From: Victivallales bacterium
GTDB taxonomy: Bacteria > Verrucomicrobiota > Lentisphaeria > Victivallales > GWF2-50-93
Assembly (NCBI GenBank): GCA_041666985.1
Contig: JBAYFV010000002.1
Span: 1-38,800 of the forward strand
DNA length: 38,800 bases
Reading direction: 5' to 3'
A program made the position numbers and the translations under genes. Numbering within the stretch: the first letter of the stretch is position 1; each line of letters starts with the position of its first letter. The notes below the pieces were generated by a model that was not told where the DNA came from, did no database searches, and saw only the letters and a list, made by a program, of their open reading frames with translations. Shown one piece after another: positions 1-8,164 of this stretch.

Positions 1-10
1 AAACTACCCT

Positions 11-120
11 GAGCCGATTCAAAACTAACGGAGGGCGGACTTTCCAGTCCGCCGCTTGAGTTAGATTTCCGCGGGTAAGAAAACCCGCGCTCCTTTAAAT
101 TTGAGTTTTGAAATCGGCTC
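11..120. repeat. Compound palindromic multi-helix element, unclassified (candidate structured RNA or REP/MITE-like unit)
   Basis: 11-25 GAGCCGATTCAAAAC pairs with 105-120 GTTTTGAAATCGGCTC (15 bp, one bulged A). Two perfect hairpins lie inside: 34-41/46-53 GGCGGACT-TTCC-AGTCCGCC and 70-76/83-89 CGCGGGT-AAGAAA-ACCCGCG. GGAG 30-33 and CTCC 90-93 can close both. The first hairpin reads as a GGAA (GNRA) tetraloop on the minus strand. The strand of any transcript is unknown. Confidence 0.6.
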
Positions 121-333
121 ATATACAAATCAACACATTGGAAAAATCCAAAATGCCTCTTTTGGAATTCTTCTCCTAATCCTTCTTCTTTGGTCTTTGC
201 TTGACAAGCCCGATCATTCATCCGGCAATCCATCCATCCGTCATCCTGCGGGATGACTCTGAAACAAGCGCTGCGCCCGCTTGCTTAAACTTTTTCAGGA
301 GGTATTTTTCAGCTTTGTTCAAAGAGGGGGACT

Positions 334-1734
334 ATGGTAAAATTCTTATCTTCATTTTTTTCAATATTATTTTTTTCAATGGTTTCCGGCTTTGCGGGAG
401 AGTTGAGGAAAATCACCATTCTCGAGACTTCAGATATCCATTCGCAGGTGGACGGCGGTTCAAAGCCCGGAATCTTCCGGCTTGCCGCCGCTCTGGATTC
501 GGAACGGGAAAAAGCGGGTGGCGGTGATGCCTGCCTTATTATTGATTGCGGCGACATCCTCCAGGGTTCCCGCCAGGGGAGCCTGAGCAGCGGGGAGCTC
601 GGAGTGAGATTTTTGAACGAGCTGAAATATGATGCCTGGATCCCTGGCAACCATGATTTTGATTTCGGCTCTGAAAGGATTTTAAGGGTATTCAATGAAA
701 CAGAGGCCGCAGATATTGCTGCAAACCTTTACTTTGACAATAAAAGAATGACTTTGCCGTGGAAAGTTTTTGTCAAGAATGGCGTGAGGATAGCGGTGAT
801 TGGAATGACAGCTCCGTCTCTCGACAAATGGCACTGGGGAGACAGGTCAAAGGGGTATTCCTCTGGAAGCATATCCGAAGCTCTTGATGAAATAATGCCT
901 GCGGTAATGTCGGCGGAAAGTGATATGATTGTCCTTGCAGTCCACCAGGGCGGTTTTCAGGGAGACAGAAGCGATTCCAGCATCAGCAGGATCGCCTCGA
1001 AATATCCTCAGATTGATTTGATTCTCGGGGCGCATACGCATCAGGAGTTTCCGGGTGGGAATCTCGGTGTTTCGAGCTGGTATGTCCAGCCTGGAAGCCA
1101 CGGTTCCTCTCTTGCCTGGATAGAGGCGAAGGTGGATGTCGAGAAGCATAAAACCGTGAAAATTGAATCCAGGATGACAAATGTTTCCGCCTGTTTTCCG
1201 GATTCATTCAGGTTTTCAGATGGATTTCATGATATTCTTTCATCCGCCGCCAAATCCTCCGGTAAGAGCATAACCTCTTTTAAGGACGAAATCACACCCG
1301 ACGAGGTCAACAGACTCACCGCCGGCGCATTTTTCAATTCTACTGCGAATATTTCATCAGCCATGCTCATTATTCAGAATTACGGGATACGGCAGGGGAA
1401 GTTTTCAGAGGAGGATCTTTTCCGGATTTTTCCGTTTGAGGATACTGTCTGCCTGATTGATCTTGATGACAATGAGATAAAGATGATTATTGACGAGGCT
1501 TCCCAATTAAAAGATGATATCAAGGTTGTTTTTTTCAAGAATGAAAAAAACATGGTAAAGACCGGACGACGTACAGTTGCCACGAGCAGCTATTGTCTTG
1601 CCGGAGCAGGGGGCCGTCTCAAAACCCTTGCGAACTTCGCAAAAAATCCGGACTGCCGCGCAACCGACACATCTGTCACCCTCCGCGATGCATTTAGGGA
1701 TTGTCTCAGGAAAAGTTTTTCAACTGTCCGTTGA
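334..1734 (+). CDS. Secreted bifunctional metallophosphatase / 5'-nucleotidase (UshA/CpdB-like)
   Basis: 466-aa ORF with GAGG-type SD just upstream and a hydrophobic N-terminal signal-like segment. Calcineurin-type motifs occur in order (TSDIHS, DCGDILQG, GNHDFDFG, LAVHQG, GAHTHQ), followed by a 5'-nucleotidase-type C-terminal half. Confidence 0.85.
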   Translation: MVKFLSSFFSILFFSMVSGFAGELRKITILETSDIHSQVDGGSKPGIFRLAAALDSEREKAGGGDACLIIDCGDILQGSRQGSLSSGELGVRFLNELKYDAWIPGNHDFDFGSERILRVFNETEAADIAANLYFDNKRMTLPWKVFVKNGVRIAVIGMTAPSLDKWHWGDRSKGYSSGSISEALDEIMPAVMSAESDMIVLAVHQGGFQGDRSDSSISRIASKYPQIDLILGAHTHQEFPGGNLGVSSWYVQPGSHGSSLAWIEAKVDVEKHKTVKIESRMTNVSACFPDSFRFSDGFHDILSSAAKSSGKSITSFKDEITPDEVNRLTAGAFFNSTANISSAMLIIQNYGIRQGKFSEEDLFRIFPFEDTVCLIDLDDNEIKMIIDEASQLKDDIKVVFFKNEKNMVKTGRRTVATSSYCLAGAGGRLKTLANFAKNPDCRATDTSVTLRDAFRDCLRKSFSTVR

Positions 1735-1772
1735 AAAACTTGCCACACAAAGCGTTTGCAAGCTTGTGAAAG

Positions 1773-2378
1773 GTGTTTGAAATGGTTAGATTGTACTTGT
1801 TGATGTCCGCAATGTCGGCCGTTTTCATGACCGGCTGTATTTCAGGTAGGCAAAATAACATGGAGGAAGGCGCGATGAAAGAAATCAAACTCAAAGGCAA
1901 CCCGATCCACATTTCCGGGGATCTTCCGGCAAGCGGTTCAACCGCCCCTGACTTTGTCCTTACGAAAACAGACATGTCAGATGTCTCCCTCAAGGATTTC
2001 AAAGGCGGGAAAATAGTTCTCAATATTTTTCCGAGCATTGACACCCCGATCTGTGCAATGTCCGTAAGGAAATTCAATGGGGAAGCCTCGAAACTCGGGA
2101 ATACCGTCGTCCTCTGTGTTTCCGAAGATCTTCCTTTTGCCCATGCGAGATTCTGCGGGGCTGAAGGAATAAAGAATGTCGTTTCTGTTTCGGATTTGAG
2201 AAAGAGGGATTTCGGAAAGAAATACGGTCTTGAAATCGTTGACGGCCCGATAGCCGGGCTTCTTGCAAGAGCCGTGATTGTCATAGATGAGAACGGAAAA
2301 GTGAAATATACGCAGCTTGTTCCGGAAATCGCCCAGGAACCTGATTATGAGGCGGTTTTTCAAGCGCTTAAAAACTAA
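1773..2378 (+). CDS. tpx: Thiol peroxidase (atypical 2-Cys peroxiredoxin Tpx), possibly lipoprotein-anchored
   Basis: Close to canonical Tpx: APDFVLT, peroxidatic Cys in PSIDTPICAMSVRKFN, resolving Cys in VVLCVSEDLPFAHARFCGAEG. The longest ORF adds a hydrophobic leader ending MTGC (weak lipobox). Alternative start is ATG 1875 (MKEIKLKG). Confidence 0.9.
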   Translation: MFEMVRLYLLMSAMSAVFMTGCISGRQNNMEEGAMKEIKLKGNPIHISGDLPASGSTAPDFVLTKTDMSDVSLKDFKGGKIVLNIFPSIDTPICAMSVRKFNGEASKLGNTVVLCVSEDLPFAHARFCGAEGIKNVVSVSDLRKRDFGKKYGLEIVDGPIAGLLARAVIVIDENGKVKYTQLVPEIAQEPDYEAVFQALKN

Positions 2379-2400
2379 GCCGGAATTTTAAAGTTTATGA

Positions 2401-2489
2401 ACACTCAATATCCAACACTCAATTTTCAATTTTCATCGGAATTCATTTCTTGTTTGGACATTGGATATTCCGTGTTGGACATTTGATGT
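2401..2489. repeat. Long imperfect hairpin made of duplicated words in the tpx-bioA spacer
   Basis: Arm 2401-2435 (ACACTCAATATCCAACACTCAATTTTCAATTTTCA) versus the reverse complement of 2455-2489 gives 24/35 ungapped matches with a 19-nt loop. Each arm is itself a tandem duplication (ACACTCAAT x2; TTGGACATT x2). The element ends 18 nt before the bioA ATG. Confidence 0.6.
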
Positions 2490-2506
2490 TCAATCTTACG
2501 GTAAAC

Positions 2507-3841
2507 ATGGCCAATCTTCAGAAACGGGATTTGAAACACGTCTGGCATCCGTGTTCGCAGATGAAGGACTACGAGCTTTTTCCGCCGCTTCAGGTGAAGG
2601 AGGCGCGGGGGGCTTTTATCTACACGGCTGACGGCAGAAAGATTATCGACGCCATCAGTTCATGGTGGTGCAAGAGTCTCGGACATTCCCATCCCGGAAT
2701 CAGAAAAGCCGTTCAATCCCAGATCAAGAAGTTCGAACATGTGATCATGGCCAACACCTGCAATGAAACACTTGTCGAGCTTTCGGAAAGATTGTGTTCG
2801 CTGATGCCCGGGCTTGACAAGGTTTTCTATGCCGACAACGGTTCCACCGCCGTTGAAGTGGCGATGAAGATGAGCCTGCAGTATAACCTTCAGACCGGAA
2901 GTCAGGGGAGAAATAAATTCCTCGCCCTGAAAAACGGATATCACGGTGAAACGATTCTCACCCTTGCCGCCGGTGACTGCGGAGCCTATTCGAAGCCGTA
3001 CAGGTCAATGATGATCAGTATCCCGAAAATCGCAGAAGTTCCATATCTTTCCGGTTCGGATTCGCCTGAATGGCTGAAAATGAAAGACATTCAATGGAGG
3101 AAGGCCGAAAAGTTCCTCGATAAGTTTTCCGGAAGGATATCGGCGATAATTTTTGAACCGGTGGTTCAGGGTGCGGGAGGCATGCTCGTCTACAGTCCGG
3201 ATCTCCTCCGCAGACTCAGAACCTGGTCCGCTGGGAACGGCGTCCACCTCATAGCGGATGAAATCATGACGGGGTTTGGGCGCACCGGAAAAATGCTTGC
3301 GTGTGAACATGCCGGAATAGTTCCGGATTTTGTCTGCCTCTCAAAAGGTCTTACAGCAGGCTGGGGTGCGATGTCCGCAGTGCTGTGTTCCAATAAGGTT
3401 TACAATGCTTTTTACGGCGATTATATGAACGGGACTTCTTTTCTGCATTCGAACACATATTGCGGCAATGCGATCTCCGCAGCCGCAGCACTGGAAGCTC
3501 TGAAAATATATGAGGATGAGGACATTGTTGCGAATGTCGCAAGGAGAAGCTGCGAACTTCGCAGACGCATGGAATGGGTTGCCTCCGAAACCGGCGCCCT
3601 CAAAAATGTCAGGGGTGTAGGGTTCATCGCCGCAGCCGACATAATAAACCCTGACACCGGGAAGTCTTTTTCCGCAGTCCGGAGAACAGGTTTCAGCTTC
3701 TACAGGAACGCCGTTGAACTCGGTGCTCTTCTCAGGCCGCTCGGCGATACGGTTTACTTCCTTCCGCCGTTGAATACGCCCGACAAAGTCCTCGACGACC
3801 TCGCGGAAATAGCGGTAAAGGCATTGAAAATAACGGTATAG
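2507..3841 (+). CDS. bioA: Adenosylmethionine-8-amino-7-oxononanoate aminotransferase
   Basis: Class-III aminotransferase with the BioA-typical SSWWCKSLGHSHP, DEIMTGFGRTG and PLP-lysine context FVCLSKGLTAG. ATG 2507 (MANLQKRDLKHVWHP) is preferred to the upstream TTG 2450, which lies inside the hairpin. Confidence 0.9.
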   Translation: MANLQKRDLKHVWHPCSQMKDYELFPPLQVKEARGAFIYTADGRKIIDAISSWWCKSLGHSHPGIRKAVQSQIKKFEHVIMANTCNETLVELSERLCSLMPGLDKVFYADNGSTAVEVAMKMSLQYNLQTGSQGRNKFLALKNGYHGETILTLAAGDCGAYSKPYRSMMISIPKIAEVPYLSGSDSPEWLKMKDIQWRKAEKFLDKFSGRISAIIFEPVVQGAGGMLVYSPDLLRRLRTWSAGNGVHLIADEIMTGFGRTGKMLACEHAGIVPDFVCLSKGLTAGWGAMSAVLCSNKVYNAFYGDYMNGTSFLHSNTYCGNAISAAAALEALKIYEDEDIVANVARRSCELRRRMEWVASETGALKNVRGVGFIAAADIINPDTGKSFSAVRRTGFSFYRNAVELGALLRPLGDTVYFLPPLNTPDKVLDDLAEIAVKALKITV

Positions 3842-3875
3842 TTTTTTTATGTTCATAAAAAAATAAAAATGTTTT

Positions 3876-3900
3876 AGCACTTTGCCTTGCAAAGTGCTTT
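3876..3900 (+). terminator. Rho-independent terminator candidate after bioA
   Basis: AGCACTTTG (3876-3884) / CAAAGTGCT (3890-3898) form a perfect 9-bp stem with a 5-nt loop, followed by TT. It is preceded by an A/T-only palindrome, TTTTTTTAT..ATAAAAAAA. Confidence 0.55.
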
Positions 3901-3989
3901 GAGCAAAAGCCTCGATGAGGCTAAGAAATCACTGAAGCCCGAGAAGAAATTTGCATCAGTCATGCACGGCAACGGCGTAATCACGGTAA

Positions 3990-4685
3990 ATGTATAGAAT
4001 GAATTTTCCAATACGGAAATTATGCAGGGGGATTCCCGGGGAACTCGCCGGGTTGATAAAAAACTCGGGGAATGAGTGTCTGTACTCATGTTTTATATTG
4101 GCAATTTTATGCAGTTCGGTCTATGGCTTGAGTGTCGGGATATGGAGGGCGCCGCTCCAGGGGTTCTATGTCGCCATGAAATTCCCATTCCTTATTGTTT
4201 TGGTCACCGTAGGCAATGCGCTGATTAACGGTATTTTTGCAAAGGTTCTGGGTGCAAAGATGACATTCAGGGAATCTTTCATTGCCGTTCTGATGTCGTT
4301 CACGATCGCGTCGGTTATTCTCGCATCTTTCGCACCGCTCATGCTTTGTCTGATATGGAACTGCCCCTCCGTGTCAGAGCCGAATTCCATAATATCGCAT
4401 CATGGGATTTTACTGTTCAATGTTGTTGCAATAGCTTTTGCGGGCGCGGTTTCGAATCTGCACCTTTACAAACTGGTTTTGCATCTCACGGAATCGAAGG
4501 TAGAATCCCGGCGGATAATCTTTTCATGGCTTGCCGTGAATCTGCTCCTGGGTTCCCAGCTTTCCTGGATTATGCGCCCTTTCATAGGCGGACCTAAGGG
4601 AGCTGTTGAGTTCTTGAGGGAGAATGCATTTGCCGGAAACTTTTTTGAGGCGGTGTTCCATACTGCGAAAGATCTGATGTTTTGA
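3990..4685 (+). CDS. Multi-pass (about 5 TM) membrane protein, uncharacterised; paralogue of 4938-5666
   Basis: 231-aa hydrophobic ORF. It shares colinear motifs with the next membrane ORF (YG.xVG, SFAPLMLCL vs GFAPIAWVF, W.....L.SQLSWIMRPFIG vs LQMMTALRPMIG). No clear SD, so the start is uncertain (ATG 3990 or 3999). Confidence 0.6.
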   Translation: MYRMNFPIRKLCRGIPGELAGLIKNSGNECLYSCFILAILCSSVYGLSVGIWRAPLQGFYVAMKFPFLIVLVTVGNALINGIFAKVLGAKMTFRESFIAVLMSFTIASVILASFAPLMLCLIWNCPSVSEPNSIISHHGILLFNVVAIAFAGAVSNLHLYKLVLHLTESKVESRRIIFSWLAVNLLLGSQLSWIMRPFIGGPKGAVEFLRENAFAGNFFEAVFHTAKDLMF

Positions 4686-4754
4686 TTGTAAAATGATGGA
4701 TTGTTGGGACTGAATTTTAAGGGCGACAAAACGGTAGATGCCAGAATTGATTAA

Positions 4755-4846
4755 GTTGGAGTACAAGCTTTAGCTTGCGTCTTGTTGGAGTTCACAGCGT
4801 GTGTAAGTTAGTGAGTACAAAGACAAACTAAAGTTTGAACTCCAAC
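4755..4846. repeat. Palindromic repeat element, GTTGGAGTTCAAACTTTAGTTTG family, copy 1
   Basis: The word occurs at 4755-4777 (20/23 to consensus), partially at 4784-4794, and inverted at 4820-4846. Outer copies can pair as a roughly 90-nt hairpin. Each word contains its own mini-palindrome (CAAGCTttAGCTTG / CAAACTttAGTTTG). 4820-4846 is the exact reverse complement of 23344-23370. Confidence 0.8.
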
Positions 4847-4937
4847 AGGATTTATTCGCGATATAATGATTTCTGTATTTCTACGATCAACTCGGACACT
4901 TGGCAACTGTTAATAGCAAAAATCAAGGGAGGCGGTT

Positions 4938-5666
4938 ATGAATGACGGGAAAAACAGTTTGAACGTGGAGGAGGGCGGTGAAAAAGCAATCAGACCTGAT
5001 TCTGAAGATGTGAACAGAGTGTCTTGGCTCACCGAGAATCTTCTTAAGGATCCGCTTAAAGTCATAACCGGGTTCGATAGAATGTCAACCTTCGGGTTCT
5101 TAGTCAACGTCCTGCTGGTAAACATAGTCTGCCTGTCGGCATACGGCGTTATTGTCGGGAGTTTTTCCGGAGGCATTCAATGGTACATGTCGCCTGCTAA
5201 AATCATAGTCGGGCTGATATTGGCAATACTGTTCTGCTTCCCCAGCTTTTATATTTTCATCTGTCTTGCGGGAATAGATGTAAAACCTGGAAAGGCGTTT
5301 CTTGTACTGCTTTCGTCAGTCTCGGTGTTTTCGATTTTGATTGTGGGGTTTGCGCCCATAGCCTGGGTTTTCTCCCAGTCCACAAGCACGGTCTTTTTCA
5401 TCGGGTTCTTCCATCTTGTGTTCTGGCTGATAAGTACACTTTTCGGCATGCGAGTTCTTCTGAAGGCGGCGACTTCGCTTAAATGCAAGAACATGTTTTA
5501 TCCTCTTTTTTGGATATTGATATTTTTGATCACCTCACTCCAGATGATGACAGCGCTCCGTCCGATGATCGGCACCGCTGATACAATTCTGCCCAAGGAG
5601 AAAATGTTCTTCATGTACAACTGGGGAAAACTGTTTTCAGAAACCATTGACAACCCGAAGAGGTGA
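4938..5666 (+). CDS. 5-TM membrane protein, uncharacterised (Yip1-like topology is only an impression)
   Basis: Strong SD AGGGAGG 6 nt before ATG 4938. A hydrophilic roughly 50-aa N-terminus is followed by five hydrophobic spans. Paralogous to 3990-4685. The stop overlaps the next start. Confidence 0.7.
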   Translation: MNDGKNSLNVEEGGEKAIRPDSEDVNRVSWLTENLLKDPLKVITGFDRMSTFGFLVNVLLVNIVCLSAYGVIVGSFSGGIQWYMSPAKIIVGLILAILFCFPSFYIFICLAGIDVKPGKAFLVLLSSVSVFSILIVGFAPIAWVFSQSTSTVFFIGFFHLVFWLISTLFGMRVLLKAATSLKCKNMFYPLFWILIFLITSLQMMTALRPMIGTADTILPKEKMFFMYNWGKLFSETIDNPKR

Positions 5667-6865
5667 TTTTTGCGATGTTCAAGAATAAAATAACATTGAA
5701 ATCTTTCCTGAGGCTGACCGTTTTATCAGTCCTGTTTTTATTCGGGCTTTACTTTATCCCCCATAACTGGTGTGCCAGGGAAGCGGTTCGGATATTCCAT
5801 AATAAAGGCGATATCCAGAACAGAATGGCGGCGCAGGCTGAAATCCTTGTTTCCAATGAGATCGGAAGGGAGAACTTCAAGACCGGATCGGATCTGTTTA
5901 ACGGCGAGTGGCTCTTCGGAACTTATATGATGTCAGGAATGGGGTTCGGGCAGATGGCGGTCTTGTGTCCGGACAGAAAAGAGGAATACTGTTTTGCAAT
6001 GGAGAAATGCATCCGCCAGATACTGTCTCCCGCCGTAAGGGAGTTTGACAAGCAGAGCTGGCAGAGTGATCCGGTAGATTCCCTGAATTCCGACCATGAC
6101 CATGCGGCTTACCTCGGATATTTCAATTTGCTGTTAAGCCTTCACCGCTTACTGAAGGGCGAATCGGAATACAGTGAGCTGAATGACAGGATAACAGTAG
6201 CGCTGGCAAGGAGATTGGACAAATCTCCGGTTCTGCTGCTTCAGACTTATCCGGGAGAATATTATCCTGTTGACAATTGTGCCGCTATTGCTTCAATCGG
6301 CTTATATGATAAGGCGACAGGGAAAGACCATTCGGAACTGCTGGAAAGATGTGTTTTCCGGATGAAGAATGATTATACGGATAAGAAAACAGGCCTGCTT
6401 TATCAGTGCATTGACGGAAGCAATGGAGAGCCTGCAGATTTACCGCGCGGTTCCGGAACATGTCTCGGATTATATTTTATTTCGTTCATGGATGCGGAAT
6501 TTTCAAAATCCTTGTACCTTTCCGTGAAACGCGAACTTCGCGGAGGCGTTTTGGGTTTCGGGGGAATAAAGGAATATCCGTCTTCATGTAAGGGGGAGCG
6601 TGGTGACATAGATTCCGGCCCTGTAATTTTCGGGTACGGGTTGTCGGCCACCGGTTTTGCTATTGCCGGGACAAGAATTCATGGCGACTCTGAAATGTTC
6701 AGGAACTTATACGCCACCGCATATCTTTGCGGCGCGCCGCACGATGCGGATGGGAAACGCAATTTTGTCACAGGCGGACATATCGGAAACTCCATCATGT
6801 TTGCCATGATGACAGCCCTGTCAAAGGATGAATTTGCAAAATTCTGCGAGAGGAGCGGGAAATGA
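5663..6865 (+). CDS. N-terminally membrane-anchored 400-aa protein of unknown function (helical-repeat/toroid-like impression)
   Basis: GTG 5663 overlaps the upstream stop (GTGA); alternative ATG 5675. One N-terminal TM (LRLTVLSVLFLFGLYFI) precedes a soluble domain with no motif I can name confidently. The stop overlaps the next start (ATGA). Confidence 0.65.
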   Translation: MIFAMFKNKITLKSFLRLTVLSVLFLFGLYFIPHNWCAREAVRIFHNKGDIQNRMAAQAEILVSNEIGRENFKTGSDLFNGEWLFGTYMMSGMGFGQMAVLCPDRKEEYCFAMEKCIRQILSPAVREFDKQSWQSDPVDSLNSDHDHAAYLGYFNLLLSLHRLLKGESEYSELNDRITVALARRLDKSPVLLLQTYPGEYYPVDNCAAIASIGLYDKATGKDHSELLERCVFRMKNDYTDKKTGLLYQCIDGSNGEPADLPRGSGTCLGLYFISFMDAEFSKSLYLSVKRELRGGVLGFGGIKEYPSSCKGERGDIDSGPVIFGYGLSATGFAIAGTRIHGDSEMFRNLYATAYLCGAPHDADGKRNFVTGGHIGNSIMFAMMTALSKDEFAKFCERSGK

Positions 6866-7158
6866 ATCTTAAGCTGCCATTAAAAAATAAAAACAAAAGG
6901 GATGCAATACATGTGGTCGTCATTATCGCATTATATTTCATCATTTTCAATTATGTTTCTCAAAAGGATATTGTCTCCACCTTGCTGACGGCTGGCAATC
7001 AGGCTTCGACATTTGATCTGATACTTTGTCTGTTCTTTATTGTTTTGCGTTTTTTTACACTGGTTTTACTGCCGGGAATACTTCTGGCTATGGTGGGTTC
7101 GCTTGTTATGGAATATATTGTTGCCAAAACTAAAGCACATGAAAAATTGCAGGATTGA
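6862..7158 (+). CDS. Small 2-TM membrane protein
   Basis: 98-aa ORF, ATGA-coupled to 5663-6865, with two clear hydrophobic spans. A+T-rich (38% G+C in 6901-7000 by hand count). Confidence 0.55.
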   Translation: MNLKLPLKNKNKRDAIHVVVIIALYFIIFNYVSQKDIVSTLLTAGNQASTFDLILCLFFIVLRFFTLVLLPGILLAMVGSLVMEYIVAKTKAHEKLQD

Positions 7159-7162
7159 GCGT

Positions 7163-7327
7163 ATGGATAATATAAAGAGAAAGGCTGCAGCATTAAGGAT
7201 TCTGGAAATCCTGAGGAAGAATGCAGGAAATGGCGTTGATTCCAAAACGGCAGACAGGATTGCTAATGAAGCAAAACACAATTCAAGGAAATCTGGAAGA
7301 TCTGCAAGGATAGTGTTTGACAAATGA
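7163..7327 (+). CDS. Possible small basic protein (54 aa)
   Basis: Internal ATG of the 7040-7327 ORF, preceded by AGGA with 8-nt spacing. The product MDNIKRKAAALRILEILRK... is K/R-rich. No homology recognised. Confidence 0.3.
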   Translation: MDNIKRKAAALRILEILRKNAGNGVDSKTADRIANEAKHNSRKSGRSARIVFDK

Positions 7328-7345
7328 ACTTTCCTGTCGCATAAG
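7317..7345 (+). promoter_or_regulatory. Sigma70-like promoter candidate for the 7421-9622 cassette
   Basis: TTGACA (7317-7322), 17-nt spacer, CATAAG (7340-7345), lying 76 nt upstream of ATG 7421, which has an AAGGGA SD. Confidence 0.4.
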
Positions 7346-7420
7346 AAAAATAAGAAGGTGTATACTTGAAAAAGCAATTCATTCGGGTTAATCTAATAAT
7401 TCAAATTTAAAGGGAATTAT

Positions 7421-8164
7421 ATGAACTGGATTGACTTTAATTTTTCTTTCAGGCAGCAATATGATAGAGGATACCGCTATCTGGACAGATTCGGAGAATT
7501 TCTTGTTGAAGCGGAGACAAATCATGGTTTTATGCCTAACGATATAAAACCTATAGGCGGTAATCTGCAATTACCTGAAGAATGTATTGATGTCCAGATT
7601 GATTCAGCTTCGCTTAACGTTTCACAGGAAAATCCAAAACTGGAGATACTTCTGGATAAAACCAAAATATTGACAGATTTAGTTTTAAAGTATTTCGAGC
7701 CTGTTAATATTGAAATGAATGTTGTTAACCTGAAATCGTATTGGCCTATCCACTCAATAGATGAGCTTGCAAAGACGCTCAAAGTTTCAGAAATGTTTTT
7801 CAAGAAAGAGGAAAAGCCTGACTTTGATGTTCTTGCCGACGCGATTGGAATGATTCCTGTTTACAGGAATGACAGTTTTGCTTTCAAGTCTGGCAGTAAG
7901 GATCTTGTTGTGAATTTAAATACTTTTACCTTCACATCCACCCAGAAAAAGAACTTTAATGCAGTGATCAACTCAACCGAACGGGAACAGAAACGGATTA
8001 GCCGTATAAATGCAAGAACCGCCAGATTTGTTGAGCCTCCACCTTATGGCTTTATGCTTGAAATTGTTCTCAGGGAAGAAAAGCCGCCGGAAAGTGGTTT
8101 TGACTCATTATTTGAAAACGCCATGAAAAAACTCGGAATATTAAAGGAACTTTATAAATTATGA
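7421..8164 (+). CDS. Hypothetical 247-aa protein, first gene of the A+T-rich cassette (faint resemblance to the TIGR04255 family, unverified)
   Basis: SD AAGGGA 7 nt upstream. 39% G+C in 7421-7520 by hand count. No catalytic motif recognised. The stop overlaps the next start (ATGA). Confidence 0.7.
   Translation: MNWIDFNFSFRQQYDRGYRYLDRFGEFLVEAETNHGFMPNDIKPIGGNLQLPEECIDVQIDSASLNVSQENPKLEILLDKTKILTDLVLKYFEPVNIEMNVVNLKSYWPIHSIDELAKTLKVSEMFFKKEEKPDFDVLADAIGMIPVYRNDSFAFKSGSKDLVVNLNTFTFTSTQKKNFNAVINSTEREQKRISRINARTARFVEPPPYGFMLEIVLREEKPPESGFDSLFENAMKKLGILKELYKL

Noticed and set aside
201-229. TTGACA at 201-206 as a promoter for the 5'-nucleotidase gene, and the 108-aa ORF at 201-527
   Set aside because: The best -10 at 17-nt spacing is GGCAAT (3/6). 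The ORF is an out-of-frame overlap of the real gene with no coding signature.
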